Source: an uncultured Verrucomicrobiae bacterium | GTDB taxonomy: Bacteria > Verrucomicrobiota > Verrucomicrobiia > Chthoniobacterales > JAFAMB01 | Assembly: GCA_963813025.1 (NCBI GenBank) | Contig: CAWEXO010000014.1 | Span: 320,001 to 384,000 of the forward strand | Direction of reading: 5' to 3' | Length of the DNA: 64,000 nucleotides | Part shown: positions 31,098 to 41,681 of the stretch, piece after piece | How the letters are laid out: every line of letters begins with the position of its first letter | How positions within the stretch are numbered: the first letter of the stretch is position 1 | Translations under genes and position numbers: made by a program | The notes under the pieces: generated by a model | Told to the model about the DNA's origin: nothing | What the model saw: only the letters and a program-made list of their open reading frames with translations | Databases searched by the model: none

Positions 31098-32393
31098 CTA
31101 GAATCTAGGAGCTAGCTCCTTCCCCAAAGCCCAGACACTCTCCCCCCCGACAATCGTCTGCACCGCTCTCCCTTTTAATTCCCAACCATCAAAAGGGGTG
31201 TTGTTGGATTTGGACAACGTTTCAGTTGAGCGAAATGTCCACTCGAGATCCGGATCGATGATGGTGAGATCAGCGTCCGAGCCAATCGAGAGAGTCCCCT
31301 TCTTGAGTCCGAGCAAGCGAGCTGGCTCGACGGAGTACATCGCGATTAATCGCGATAGATCAATCGCCTGATCCCGATGCACCAGCAACGTGAGGAACAA
31401 AGCCAGTTCGGTTTCCAGGCCAGTAATCCCGAACGGCGCCTGATCGAGTTCGACTTCTTTCTCGAAGCGCGCGTGCGGTGCATGGTCGCTCGCGAGAATC
31501 GTGATCGTTCCATCCGCTACTCCTTCGATGAGGGCACGGGCATCAGCGTCCGTGCGGGTCGGCGGGTTCATCTTGTAATTGCTATCGAAAGAACTCAACG
31601 ACTCGTCCCGCAGGGCGATATGATGTGGACAGAGTTCGCCAGTCACCGGAATTCCGCGGTTCCGCGCATCGCGCAAAAGCCGAACGCTGCCGGCCGATGA
31701 CAAATGTTGGCAATGAATGTGTGTTCCGCACAGCTCAGCGAGGAGGATATTTCGCATGACCATGATCTCTTCTCCGGCCGAGGGCCAGCCAGGCAACCCG
31801 AGCACGGCGCTCCAATGACCCTCATGCATGATCCCGTTTCCCACCATGTTGTAATCCTGACAATGGTCGAGAACCGGCAGATCGAACATCCGGGCATACT
31901 CAACGGCTCGTCGCATCAGTTCGTGGTTCTGAATGCAGTGCCCGTCATCGGTAATCGCAACTGCTCCGGCTTGGACCATTGAGCCGATCGGAGCCAACTC
32001 CTCTCCCGCCAGATTCTTGGTGATTGCGCCGGTAGTAAATACATTGATTCGCGCGGTCTCGCGAGCGCGATCCAGGATCCAGCTGATTTGCCCGGGATTA
32101 TCAGCGGCCGGCTGCGTATTCGGCATACAGAGAACCGAAGCGAAACCGCCGGCTGCTGCTGCGCGCGTGCCAGACTCAATTGTCTCTTTGTGCGTCTGCC
32201 CAGGCTCGCGCAGATGGACATGCATATCGATCAAACCGGGCGCGACGACGAGGCCGCGCGCGTCGATGATCTCTGCATCGGACTCGGATATTCGGTCGAC
32301 GATCCGGCCTTGGTGAACGCAAATGTCGGCGATCTCATCCCGCCCATTAGCCGGATCGATGACGCGTCCGCCTCTGACGATGAGATTCTTCAT
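31098..32393 (-). CDS. pyrC: Dihydroorotase
   Basis: [25 protein letters not shown]. Confidence 0.95.
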   Translation of the reverse strand: MKNLIVRGGRVIDPANGRDEIADICVHQGRIVDRISESDAEIIDARGLVVAPGLIDMHVHLREPGQTHKETIESGTRAAAAGGFASVLCMPNTQPAADNPGQISWILDRARETARINVFTTGAITKNLAGEELAPIGSMVQAGAVAITDDGHCIQNHELMRRAVEYARMFDLPVLDHCQDYNMVGNGIMHEGHWSAVLGLPGWPSAGEEIMVMRNILLAELCGTHIHCQHLSSAGSVRLLRDARNRGIPVTGELCPHHIALRDESLSSFDSNYKMNPPTRTDADARALIEGVADGTITILASDHAPHARFEKEVELDQAPFGITGLETELALFLTLLVHRDQAIDLSRLIAMYSVEPARLLGLKKGTLSIGSDADLTIIDPDLEWTFRSTETLSKSNNTPFDGWELKGRAVQTIVGGESVWALGKELAPRF

Positions 32394-33361
32394 AGCGAGC
32401 GGCGTAAAGTGCTGCTGCAAAGGTAGAGAACGGCCATCCGCACAGCGATCCCATTGGTCACCTGCTCAAGGATCACGCTCTGGGAGCCATCGGCCACGGC
32501 ACTGTCGAGTTCTACTCCGCGATTGATCGGTCCGGGATGCATGATTAAGCAATTGGGCTTGAGCTGTGCCGCGCGTGCGCGGGTTAAACCGAAGAAACGC
32601 ACATATTCGTTCAGACTCGGAAAATATTCGCGGCGTTGCCGCTCGTGCTGGATCCGCAGCAAGTTAATAACGTCAGCTTTTGGAAGCACGGGATCTAGCC
32701 GGCGGACAACCGATACACCCATTTTCGCGAAGGATTCCGGAACGAGGGTTGTCGGCCCGACCAGAGTGACGTTCGCGCCGAGCTTTTGCAGCGCCCAAAT
32801 GTTGGAACGCGCCACTCGGCTGAACAAAATGTCGCCCACGATCACGACGTTCAGCCCGGCCACCTGCCCAAACTTCTCCCGGATGGTAAAGACGTCCAAA
32901 AGCGCCTGGGTGGGATGCTCGTGCGCTCCGTCGCCCGCGTTGATCACCGATGTCTCGAGCCGGTCCGCCAGGAACTTCGGGGCGCCCGCTGAGCTATGGC
33001 GCAGCACAATGATGTCCGCGTGAAGCGCCTGCAGGTTCAGGGCAGTGTCCTTCAAAGTTTCACCCTTTTGCAGGCTGGAGGCTGTGGCGGACACATTGAC
33101 CACATCAGCGCTCAGCCGCAAAGCAGCCAGTTCAAACGAGATGCGTGTCCGGGTACTCGGCTCGACAAAAAAGTTGACCAAGGTCTTGCCGCGGAGAGCC
33201 GGAACCTTCTTGATGTCGCGTGAGCCGACGGTTTTGAAAGCCGCCGCGGTGTCGAGCACGAGATTGAGTTCCTCGACGCTCAACTCTCGGATTCCGAGAA
33301 AATCCTTCCGTGTCCATTCGGGGGCCTTTGCCGCGGCGACGAGGTTTGACCGTTCGCTCAT
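32390..33361 (-). CDS. pyrB: Aspartate carbamoyltransferase catalytic subunit
   Basis: [25 protein letters not shown]. Confidence 0.96.
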   Translation of the reverse strand: MSERSNLVAAAKAPEWTRKDFLGIRELSVEELNLVLDTAAAFKTVGSRDIKKVPALRGKTLVNFFVEPSTRTRISFELAALRLSADVVNVSATASSLQKGETLKDTALNLQALHADIIVLRHSSAGAPKFLADRLETSVINAGDGAHEHPTQALLDVFTIREKFGQVAGLNVVIVGDILFSRVARSNIWALQKLGANVTLVGPTTLVPESFAKMGVSVVRRLDPVLPKADVINLLRIQHERQRREYFPSLNEYVRFFGLTRARAAQLKPNCLIMHPGPINRGVELDSAVADGSQSVILEQVTNGIAVRMAVLYLCSSTLRRSL

Positions 33362-33900
33362 CGTTTCTCCAGGCGCACCGAATCAGGTTCGCCGTCGATA
33401 TTGGCCAAGCGCACCTTTACTCGCTCTGAGCGCGCTGTCGGCACGTTCTTGCCGACATAATCCGCCCGGATAGGCAGTTCGCGGTGGCCTCGGTCAACCA
33501 GCACGGCCAACTGGATCCGAGCGGGACGGCCAAACGAGCTGAGAGCATCCATCGCAGCGCGGCAAGTCCGGCCGGTGAAAAGGACGTCGTCGACCAAAAC
33601 AATGGTTAACCCATCGATGGCGAGCGGTAGACGGGTTTCCCGAACGCTCGGCAGCGTTTTTCGAAGCCGCAAATCATCGCGATGCATGGCGACATCGATC
33701 GCGCCGACCGGCGGGCGGCATCCCTCGATTTCTTCAATCAGATCTCCGAGACGGCGAGCGAGTTCAACGCCGCGCTCAGGAATTCCGGCCAGGCTGAAAG
33801 CCTCCGGATCCCGATTCTTTTCCAGGATCTCGTGCGCAATTCGCCGGAGGACGCGTCCAATCGCGTCTGCATCGAGAATCAGCACCGAGTCTGGCATCAA
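33358..33900 (-). CDS. pyrR: Pyrimidine regulator / uracil phosphoribosyltransferase
   Basis: [34 protein letters not shown]. Confidence 0.95.
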   Translation of the reverse strand: MMPDSVLILDADAIGRVLRRIAHEILEKNRDPEAFSLAGIPERGVELARRLGDLIEEIEGCRPPVGAIDVAMHRDDLRLRKTLPSVRETRLPLAIDGLTIVLVDDVLFTGRTCRAAMDALSSFGRPARIQLAVLVDRGHRELPIRADYVGKNVPTARSERVKVRLANIDGEPDSVRLEKR

Positions 33901-33906
33901 ATCTTA

Positions 33907-33937
33907 CCTTGGCAACCTCACCGGATTGCCTTAAAGG
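33907..33937 (-). promoter_or_regulatory. PyrR-binding RNA stem-loop
   Basis: Minus strand CCUUUAAGGC-AAUCCGGUGAGGUU-GCCAAGG matches the ARUCCNGNGAGGYU consensus, just upstream of the pyrR start. Confidence 0.85.
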
Positions 33938-33967
33938 TCCCACCTCGAACACGAGGCTTAGCCGTCT

Positions 33968-34183
33968 TTAAACTCCTTTTGGCTGGCGATGGCGCCTTTC
34001 TCGCCAAGCCGACCGATATTTCACAATCCAGTCCAGCAAAGCCCGCTCAAAGCCGATGTCGTATCCGGCTTTTTCGCTCTCCAGCCATTTATGCCGGAGG
34101 ATTTCCTCGCGCTCCGCTAAAAATTCCTGGTAAAGAACGGAGTTTTTGACTAACTCCGTCGGATCGTCCTTTGGGGGTTCCAT
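33968..34183 (-). CDS. Small DUF4032-like protein
   Basis: EEILRHKWLESEKAGYDIGFERALLDW. Confidence 0.75.
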   Translation of the reverse strand: MEPPKDDPTELVKNSVLYQEFLAEREEILRHKWLESEKAGYDIGFERALLDWIVKYRSAWRERRHRQPKGV

Positions 34184-34223
34184 GGCTGATCGGGTGTCTA
34201 GTATCCGGATGGGCATCCGCGAG

Positions 34224-35294
34224 TCAATCAGTTTTCTGCCCCTGCACGCTCCGGAGTTGCTTGTGCAGGTGCTCGGCGATACCCAGAAAAACCTCGGCAA
34301 CGGCGCCTCTCGGGTTCTCAAGGACAATCGGCATTCCACGATCGCCCGCCTCTCGAGTGGCAATATCCAAAGGTATTTGGCCCAAAAACGGTACTCCGAG
34401 CCGCTTGGCTTCCCGTAATCCCCCGCCCGTGCCGAAGATGTCGTGACGCCGGTTATCGCTCGGACTCATAAAAAAACTCATGTTTTCGACGATACCAAGG
34501 ACCGGAACATTCACTTTGGCGAACATCGAACTCGCTTTGCGCGCATCGATCAAGGCGACTTCCTGGGGCGTGGTCACAATGACGGCGCCAGCCAGGCTTA
34601 CTGTTTGGACAACCGTAAGCTGAATGTCGCCTGTGCCTGGCGGCAGATCGAGCACGAGATATTCCAAGCCGGACCAATCGACTTGCCGGAGAAATTGCTG
34701 GGTCGCCCGGGTGACCATCGGACCGCGGAGGATCGCCGGTGACGTGTCGTCAAGCAGCGATCCCATGGAGATGAGCCTGATCCCGTAGCGGTCGATCGGG
34801 ATGATCACATTCTCTTTGGTTGCCATGGGCTGTTCGTGACTCGCTCCGAACATTAGTGAAATGCTTGGACCATAGATATCGCAATCGCAAAGCCCGGTGG
34901 GGGCCCCGAGCAGGTGCAGGGCCGCCGCAAGATTGGCGGCGACCGTCGATTTGCCGACGCCGCCCTTGCCACTCGCGACTGCGATCACGAAATTGACTCC
35001 GGGGATTCTGGTCGCAGCGGTCTGCGCCCCGGGCGTTTCCGGCGGGCTGGAGATATCGATCACCACCTTCGCCGATCCGATTCCGGGAACCTCGCGAAGG
35101 ACTCGCTCGGAATCTCGCTTCAACGTCTCCGGAATTGCCGGGTTGGCGGTAGCCACACTCAGATGCACGAGAACGTCCTGTCCGGATACCTGGACCGATT
35201 TCACCAAACCAAAACTGACAATGTCCCGGCTGTATCCAGGAAATTTTACGGTTTTTAGACGTTGCAGAACAAAATCTTCAGAGAGCGCGGCCAT
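34224..35294 (-). CDS. apbC: Mrp/NBP35 Fe-S cluster carrier ATPase
   Basis: ASGKGGVGKST, DIYGPS, RGPM, DLPPGTGD, ENMS. Confidence 0.92.
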   Translation of the reverse strand: MAALSEDFVLQRLKTVKFPGYSRDIVSFGLVKSVQVSGQDVLVHLSVATANPAIPETLKRDSERVLREVPGIGSAKVVIDISSPPETPGAQTAATRIPGVNFVIAVASGKGGVGKSTVAANLAAALHLLGAPTGLCDCDIYGPSISLMFGASHEQPMATKENVIIPIDRYGIRLISMGSLLDDTSPAILRGPMVTRATQQFLRQVDWSGLEYLVLDLPPGTGDIQLTVVQTVSLAGAVIVTTPQEVALIDARKASSMFAKVNVPVLGIVENMSFFMSPSDNRRHDIFGTGGGLREAKRLGVPFLGQIPLDIATREAGDRGMPIVLENPRGAVAEVFLGIAEHLHKQLRSVQGQKTD

Positions 35295-35335
35295 AGGATC
35301 GTACTATCGCGATTTATTCCTCCCAGACAATACGT

Positions 35336-35550
35336 CGTGTCCGACTTGGCAAATGCGTCTATTTCGTCCGGTTCGTTCGCCCATCCAAGCGATGTAGCGC
35401 GGACGGCCTCGTCCGTACTCTTGTGGCTGCGCCAGCGCACGGCAGGTTTCCTTTTGCTCCCAGGACACGTGAAGTAATGCATCAGGCTTTGGCGCGTGGT
35501 TGGCCACTCGCCCAAGAGTACGGACGAGGCCGCGTCTGTCGGACTTTGGT
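35336..35550. repeat. REP cluster
   Basis: gtagcgcggacggcctcgtccgtac at 35394-35418 with inverted partner from 35518. Confidence 0.75.
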
Positions 35551-35636
35551 CATCTGTAGCTCGCGCAATCGAGCTAAGGTTCGAGACATGTCCCAAAGCG
35601 TCTTTGGTCCTGCGCCGGTAGATACGGTCTTGGATG

Positions 35637-36647
35637 TCAAGGGCATTGGTTTAAGGAATGGCGGGCCAGGTTAGGGTTGTAGGGTTGTTGGTGAGCGAGA
35701 ACACCGAAGGCGATGTGCAGGAGTTTTCGCATGACGGCACCGCGGATAGCCAGGGAGTGGAGCTTGCGCGACTCGAGACCTGCGGCCCATTGCTGGATGG
35801 GTTTGCACCAGCGGCGAGCAACGGCGGCCGGCAAATAGAGTGCTTTGCGCAGGAAAGCGTTGCCGATTTTGCACAGGGTGGTTTTGCCGTAGAGCGAGAC
35901 ACCGGAACGGAATTCAGAAGGAGTCAGCCCAGCATAGGCCGCCAACTGCCGAGCCGATTGGAACTCTTTACCGGCCAGCTCGGCCAGCAGCTTGGCGGCT
36001 GTGAGCTGGGCAATGCCGGGAATAGAGCACAGCAGTTGGCTTTGGCGGCTTAAAGCCTGATCAGCCGCGACTAAGCCGAAGATGGCCGACTCCAGCTGAG
36101 CGATTTCTTTCTTGAGCTGGGCGAGTCGTTGGCCACGCTGTTGGCTGACAAGCTCGGGCAGCGCAATTGGGTAAGGGTCTTTTTTCACCCGGTTCTGTTC
36201 CCGGATGAGCTCGCCAACCCGGCTTTCGCGCTCCCGCACCAGCAGTTTGAATTCTTCCTCAAGGGGGCGCAGCGGCCGAGTGGCCAGTGGTTTTCGCTCC
36301 AGACAAAACTGGGCAATGATGGCCGCATCAACCCGATCATTTTTGGTGCGGCGCAGGACCGAGAAAGCAAAGTATTTGACTTGGGCGGGATTGAGCACGC
36401 TGACCGCCAAGCCTGCTTGGTGCAGAGCGGCGATCAATCTCTTCCCGTAGACCCCGGTGGCTTCCAGGGCGAAGTGGATCTGGGAGAGCGGCCAAGAGCG
36501 GGCCTGGAGTTGGGCTAAAAATGCTCCAATGCCGGTCGCATCATTGCTGAACTTTCCCCGCCACAGGCGAGTGCCATTCTTGGAGAGCAGGCAAAAGTCA
36601 AAGCTTGCTTTTGCCATATCAATACCCATGCAGTAGCGTTTTTTCAT
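35637..36647 (-). CDS. IS110 recombinase
   Basis: GIDMAK, LEATGVY, KNDRVDA, SIPGIA, AAYAGLTPSEFRSG, GNAFLRKALY. Confidence 0.93.
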   Translation of the reverse strand: MKKRYCMGIDMAKASFDFCLLSKNGTRLWRGKFSNDATGIGAFLAQLQARSWPLSQIHFALEATGVYGKRLIAALHQAGLAVSVLNPAQVKYFAFSVLRRTKNDRVDAAIIAQFCLERKPLATRPLRPLEEEFKLLVRERESRVGELIREQNRVKKDPYPIALPELVSQQRGQRLAQLKKEIAQLESAIFGLVAADQALSRQSQLLCSIPGIAQLTAAKLLAELAGKEFQSARQLAAYAGLTPSEFRSGVSLYGKTTLCKIGNAFLRKALYLPAAVARRWCKPIQQWAAGLESRKLHSLAIRGAVMRKLLHIAFGVLAHQQPYNPNLARHSLNQCP

Positions 36648-36711
36648 CAGAGAGGAATTCGCGTTGAATTGGTTCTTTGTTTGATGAAGCGCTTGGGCGC
36701 GCGCCTGCTGA

Positions 36712-36925
36712 CAGAGCCTTGTGAACACGGGCTTATGTTCCAACCCTGTTTGGAACGGCCTAAGATACGGTACGGTCTTATGCAGGTGCGGCACGAGGAA
36801 GGGTGGACTAATCTACCGGACAGGTCCTACCGACCTTTGGGCGAGGCAGTTTTCCACCCTCCTCGGCCAAGTTCTTCACTTCCAGAGTTCCGCCCTTGCG
36901 GGCGGCTTTAAAAGGGAAAAAAAAT
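36712..36925 (-). ncRNA. Bridge RNA with target- and donor-binding loops
   Basis: Two stem/internal-loop domains whose loop sequences match the element's junctions; ends approximate. Confidence 0.82.
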
Positions 36926-36944
36926 TGGTGGGGCAAGGTACAAG

Positions 36945-37220
36945 AGCGAAAATTTATTCGAGCCTTAGCGAGAACTTGTTTGAGCCGTCTTCAGTGTGAC
37001 CTGCCCAACGCCCGGCTCAAACGAGTCTTCGCCGAAGGCTCAGATGAATTCTCGCCTTACCGATTTTGGGATGTTGCGAAACATGCTCTAAATTTTCGCC
37101 CCACCGACACAGGACAGTGCGGCAATCTGAGACGATCTCTAACCGCTTGGGCGACCAATCGCTTGGGTGGCGTGCTACAGATTTCCAAAGTCCGACACGC
37201 CCGAGGCCGTCCGTGCTACC
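36945..37220. repeat. Composite REP-like element (~50-bp units ending TTYTCGCCCTACCGA)
   Basis: Inverted homolog of 46330-46650. Confidence 0.8.
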
Positions 37221-37369
37221 TCGCCTCTGCGGGCCGCGGGCCGAGGGTGATAGTCTAGTGGTCCTTTGCCAAATTGGATGAAATCGGGCGATCGTAATTC
37301 TCCAGATAACCACCGATAATTAGGTATTTCGGTTGAAATCTCTGGCGGCCAGCATGAACTCCTTAGGAT

Positions 37370-38407
37370 ATGCAGTTCAGCGAGTCCTCACCGTTCGGGT
37401 TCACCACCGGCGGCTTCGTTGAGACGATTGGCCGAACTCCGTTGATCCGGCTCGCTACACTGTCCGAAGCGACCGGATGTGAGATTTTTGGTAAAGCTGA
37501 ATTCTTGAATCCGGGTGGTTCCGTGAAAGATCGGGCGGCACTCGGCATTGTTCTGGATGCCGAAGAACGCGGTCTGCTGCGGCCCGGCAGTACTACCATC
37601 GTCGAGGGTACGGCCGGAAACACCGGCATTGGCCTGGCTTTGGTCGCGAATGCTCGCGGCTATCGGTCTGTCATTGTCTTGCCCGAGAATATGTCTCAGG
37701 AAAAGATTGATAGTTTGCAAGCGATGGGGGCGGAGGTCCGGTTGGTGCCTCCTAAACCTTACGCCGACCCAGACAACTACATCCATGTGTCGGAGCGAGT
37801 CGCCAGGGAGACACCGGGAGGTTTTTGGGCGAATCAATTCGATAATGTCGCGAATCGGCAAGCTCATTATCGAACAACCGGTCCGGAAATCTGGGAGCAG
37901 ACGGGGCGTGGCCTGACCGGTTTTGTCGCTTCGGTCGGGACCGGCGGCACGCTCGCGGGAATTTCGCTTTACCTGAAAGAACAGAGTCCAAACATCAAGA
38001 TAGTTTGTGCGGATCCCTATGGCGCGGCCATGTGGTCCTGGGTCAAACTCGGCCACACCAACGTGGCCGACGGCGATTCGGTCGCAGAGGGTATCGGGCA
38101 GAATCGAGTTACCAAGAACTTGGAAGACATAGTGATTGACGACGCTTATCGGATTACCGACAAGGTAGCGATGGAGATGCTCTACCATCTCCTGCACCGT
38201 GAAGGCCTTTTTTTGAGCTTGTCTTCAGCCATCAATGTTTGTGGCGCGGTGAGACTTGCGCGGGAGAGCGGTCCCGGCCAGACGATTGCGACCATTCTCT
38301 GCGATTCGGGTTCGCGCTATGTATCGCGTCTTTTCAATCCGGAATGGCTGGCTGAGCGAGACTTAACGCCAAAGGCGAAAGGCTTGGAGTTTCTGGAACT
38401 CCTTTGA
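37370..38407 (+). CDS. cysK: Cysteine synthase
   Basis: KAEFLNPGGSVKDR, EGTAGNTG, NQFDN, GTGGT. Confidence 0.9.
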   Translation: MQFSESSPFGFTTGGFVETIGRTPLIRLATLSEATGCEIFGKAEFLNPGGSVKDRAALGIVLDAEERGLLRPGSTTIVEGTAGNTGIGLALVANARGYRSVIVLPENMSQEKIDSLQAMGAEVRLVPPKPYADPDNYIHVSERVARETPGGFWANQFDNVANRQAHYRTTGPEIWEQTGRGLTGFVASVGTGGTLAGISLYLKEQSPNIKIVCADPYGAAMWSWVKLGHTNVADGDSVAEGIGQNRVTKNLEDIVIDDAYRITDKVAMEMLYHLLHREGLFLSLSSAINVCGAVRLARESGPGQTIATILCDSGSRYVSRLFNPEWLAERDLTPKAKGLEFLELL

Positions 38408-38446
38408 TCCAGGAAAATCTGTGGTTAAAACTGTTCTCCGAACTCG

Positions 38447-41400
38447 CTAGCAAAAGTCATGGGAACGAGCGGTCTCGAGCGAGGCGGTCGGCAACCGTTC
38501 GATGCGCTGGGCCCGAATGTGGATTGTTCCGGAACGTTTCTGGAGGACGCCCTCAATCAATAGAAAACTTTCCTGGCTAATAACCAGGCGATTCTTTTCA
38601 AAGACTTTTGGCGTGACGATCACGTTGGTAATACCGGTTTCATCTTCCAGGCTAAGAAAAACAAAACCTTTGGCAGTACCCGGACGTTGCCGGCAAATGG
38701 TCAGGCCGGCCACTCGCAAACGGATACCATCTGACCCCGCAACCAGATCAGCGCTGCGCCAAATGTCATCGGGCAAAGCCGAACGCAGGTAACCCATCGG
38801 GTGGGGACCAGTGGTCAGATGCATCGTGGAAAAATCCGCCGCCAATCTTTCGGCGGGTTCCATCGCGGACAGAGGCGATTTCCCGGTCGTCTCGGTCGCG
38901 GTGAAAAATTCATCGCGATGAAACTCTCCTTCCACCGACCAGAGAGCATTTCGACGATGGCCAGCTAGAGAGTTGAGTGCGCCGGCTTTGGCGAGGATCC
39001 GCAGTTCGTCCCGGGCAAAGGAAGTGCGGGCCAAAAAATCAGCAACATTGTTGAACGGATTTTGTTTTCGTTGCATCAGCATCTGTTCAAGACGTTCGCG
39101 GCTGACTCCCTGTAAGACGCAGAAGCCGAGCCGGATCGTGTCATCGGAGACAACTGTGCAGAGCCAATCGGACTCCGCCAGAGAGATCGGTTGAACGCGG
39201 ATGTGCCGTCTTTGCGCATCCTTGATCAAGGTAGCTGACGAGTAGAATCCCATGGGCTGGTTGTTCAGCAAGCTGACAAAGAATTCTGGACCACGATGCA
39301 CTTTCATCCAGGAACTCGCGTAGGTAATCAACGCAAAGCTGATCGCATGCGATTCCGGAAATCCATAGAGGGCGAATGAGGTGATGGCGGCGATGATTTT
39401 TTGGGCGATTTCCTTGCTGATTCCATTGGCGGCCAGCGCCCGGCGTAATTTCTTTTCAACGCGTTGCATGCGTTCCTGAGAACGATGAAAACTCAGGGCG
39501 CGGCGTAATTCTTCGGCTTCGTCTCCGGAAAAATTTGCCAAGACCATGGCAATCTTCAGCATCTGTTCTTGAAAGAGAGGAACCCCGAGGGTCCGCTGAA
39601 GAACAGGGATCAACCGATCGTCCAGATAAGTGATTGGCTCAGAACCTTCTCGCCGAGCAAGGTAAGGATGCATGAGGTGACCCTGGATTGGTCCCGGGCG
39701 AATGATGGCAACTTCAATCACCAGATCGTAAAATTCGCGCGGTTGCATCCGCGGCAATGTGGCCATTTGAGCGCGGCTCTCGACTTGGAAGACGCCAATC
39801 GTTTCGGCCCGGCAAAGCATGTCATAAGTAGCCGGATCGTTTTTCGGTAACTCTGTCAGATCAACCGGCCGGTTTCGTTGCTGACAAAGTTCAATAGCGT
39901 CCTGCAAGGCGGCCATCATGCCAAGACCCAGCAGGTCCACTTTGATAATGCCCAGATCTTCGCAATCTTCTTTATCCCACTGGATCACCGAACGGTCGGC
40001 CATCGTGGCGCTTTCAATCGGCACGACGGAATCCAACCGCCCTTCACAGATCACCATTCCGCCGGAGTGTTGTCCTAAGTGACGCGGTAATCCCTGAATT
40101 GCTTGATAGATGGATAAAAAAGCAGCTACCCGTGGATGATCAGCTGGTAAACCGGCTTGGCGAAGCTGATCGCCCGCCTGCATGGTATGCGGAAAATCAC
40201 CGTTCGCTTGTAAACGGGAAAAGCGGTCCATCACCTCCTCAGGCAGATTGAGCGCTTTGCCGGTTTCACGCATCGCGCTGCGATCGCGGAAAGTAATGAC
40301 GTTGGCCGTCATGGCGGCACCCCGCCGGCCATAACGCCGATAAACTTCTTGAATTACCTGCTCACGCCGGTCGCCGCTGGGAAGATCCAGATCGATATCG
40401 GGCCAGCCTTTGCGTCCTTCGCTGAGGAAGCGCTCGAATAACAGATTGGCGCCAACTGGATCGACTGCGGTGATGCCCAAGCTGTAACAAACCGAGCTGT
40501 TGGCCGCGCTGCCGCGGCCCTGTACCATGATATTGGCTTTTCGGCAATACTGCACCAGGTCCCAAACGATCAGGAAATAACCGGAGAACCCGAGCTGACG
40601 AATAAGCGCGAGTTCGCGTTCCAGTTGAGCGCGGACCTTACCGGTGACCTCATGGTAGCGTTCGGTTGCGCCCCGCCGGGTGACCTTGGTGAGGTAGCTG
40701 TCCATGTCCTCGCCAGCCGGCACTGGAAAATTTGGGAATTGATAACCAAGATTTTCCAGGGTGAACTCAATTTCCCGGGCTACCGCAACAGTGTTATCGA
40801 TTGCTTTGGCCAGGTCCGGGAAAAGCTCCTGCATCTCGGCCGCAGACTTGAGGTGGCGCTCGGCATTTGGCTCGAGCAAACGTCCGGCTGCATCCAAATG
40901 CGTGTGATGACGGGCACAGCTAAAAACGTCAAGCGCGGTGCGGCGGTCAGGGGTCGCGTAAAGCACTCCGTTGGTGGCCACTAATTTTCGGCGAAAACGC
41001 TCGGATAACTGAATGAGCTGCTGGTTGGCCCATTGTTCTTCACGGCGAGCGTGCCTCTGGATCTCCACAAAAAGGTGGTCGGCATCGAAAATCTGGCACA
41101 ATAATTCCAAACGTTGTTGTGCTTGACCGAAATCGCCGCGTGCAAGCGATTGACGCAGTGGGCCTTCCTCATCGCCGGTCAGGCAAATCAAGCCGGCGGC
41201 AAACTCGGGTAATTCTGCCCAACGAACCCGACCTTCATTTTTCGGGGATCGCAGTTTGTTCCGAGAGATCAAGCGACAGAGATTTTGGTATCCTTGCCGC
41301 GACTGGACCAGGACCGGAAGAACGGTTTCATCTTCCATTGTCAATTCGCTGCCCACCAATGCGCGGATGCCCGATTCCTGAGCAGCGGTGTGCAGGCGAG

Positions 41401-41539
41401 GTGCGCCAAAAACTCCGTCTCGATCGCACAAAGCCAGTGCCGGCAAATCAAGATGTGCGGCCCTATAAGCAAGATGTTCCGGAGAAGAACTGCCCCGCAG
41501 GAAACTGAAGGCACTGCGAGCATGAAGTTCAGCGTACAT
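38447..41539 (-). CDS. dnaE2: Error-prone DNA polymerase
   Basis: YAELHARSAFSFL, GRGSAANS, PDIDLD, PRHLGQHSGG, YGFPESHA, C-terminal SHDF. Confidence 0.95.
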   Translation of the reverse strand: MYAELHARSAFSFLRGSSSPEHLAYRAAHLDLPALALCDRDGVFGAPRLHTAAQESGIRALVGSELTMEDETVLPVLVQSRQGYQNLCRLISRNKLRSPKNEGRVRWAELPEFAAGLICLTGDEEGPLRQSLARGDFGQAQQRLELLCQIFDADHLFVEIQRHARREEQWANQQLIQLSERFRRKLVATNGVLYATPDRRTALDVFSCARHHTHLDAAGRLLEPNAERHLKSAAEMQELFPDLAKAIDNTVAVAREIEFTLENLGYQFPNFPVPAGEDMDSYLTKVTRRGATERYHEVTGKVRAQLERELALIRQLGFSGYFLIVWDLVQYCRKANIMVQGRGSAANSSVCYSLGITAVDPVGANLLFERFLSEGRKGWPDIDLDLPSGDRREQVIQEVYRRYGRRGAAMTANVITFRDRSAMRETGKALNLPEEVMDRFSRLQANGDFPHTMQAGDQLRQAGLPADHPRVAAFLSIYQAIQGLPRHLGQHSGGMVICEGRLDSVVPIESATMADRSVIQWDKEDCEDLGIIKVDLLGLGMMAALQDAIELCQQRNRPVDLTELPKNDPATYDMLCRAETIGVFQVESRAQMATLPRMQPREFYDLVIEVAIIRPGPIQGHLMHPYLARREGSEPITYLDDRLIPVLQRTLGVPLFQEQMLKIAMVLANFSGDEAEELRRALSFHRSQERMQRVEKKLRRALAANGISKEIAQKIIAAITSFALYGFPESHAISFALITYASSWMKVHRGPEFFVSLLNNQPMGFYSSATLIKDAQRRHIRVQPISLAESDWLCTVVSDDTIRLGFCVLQGVSRERLEQMLMQRKQNPFNNVADFLARTSFARDELRILAKAGALNSLAGHRRNALWSVEGEFHRDEFFTATETTGKSPLSAMEPAERLAADFSTMHLTTGPHPMGYLRSALPDDIWRSADLVAGSDGIRLRVAGLTICRQRPGTAKGFVFLSLEDETGITNVIVTPKVFEKNRLVISQESFLLIEGVLQKRSGTIHIRAQRIERLPTASLETARSHDFC

Positions 41540-41546
41540 GGGGAGG

Positions 41547-41641
41547 GGAGTTGCAGGAGTTGCAGGAGTTGCAGGAGTTGCAGGAGTTGCAGGAGTTGCA
41601 GGAGTTGCAGGAGTTGCAGGAGTTGCAGGAGTCAGGAGTCA
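41547..41641. repeat. 9 x GGAGTTGCA plus 2 x GGAGTCA
   Basis: Perfect tandem array between imuB and dnaE2. Confidence 0.95.
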
Positions 41642-41681
41642 GTTGTTCAGTTACCTCCCTCCGCTGAACCCGCTCCCTCCG

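Larger units (their letters stand above)
35620..36944 (-). mobile_element. Complete IS110 (IS621-like) element bounded by CT cores
   Basis: Minus-strand junctions TTTCGCT-CT-TGTAC and ACCGTAT-CT-ACCGG. Confidence 0.9.
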
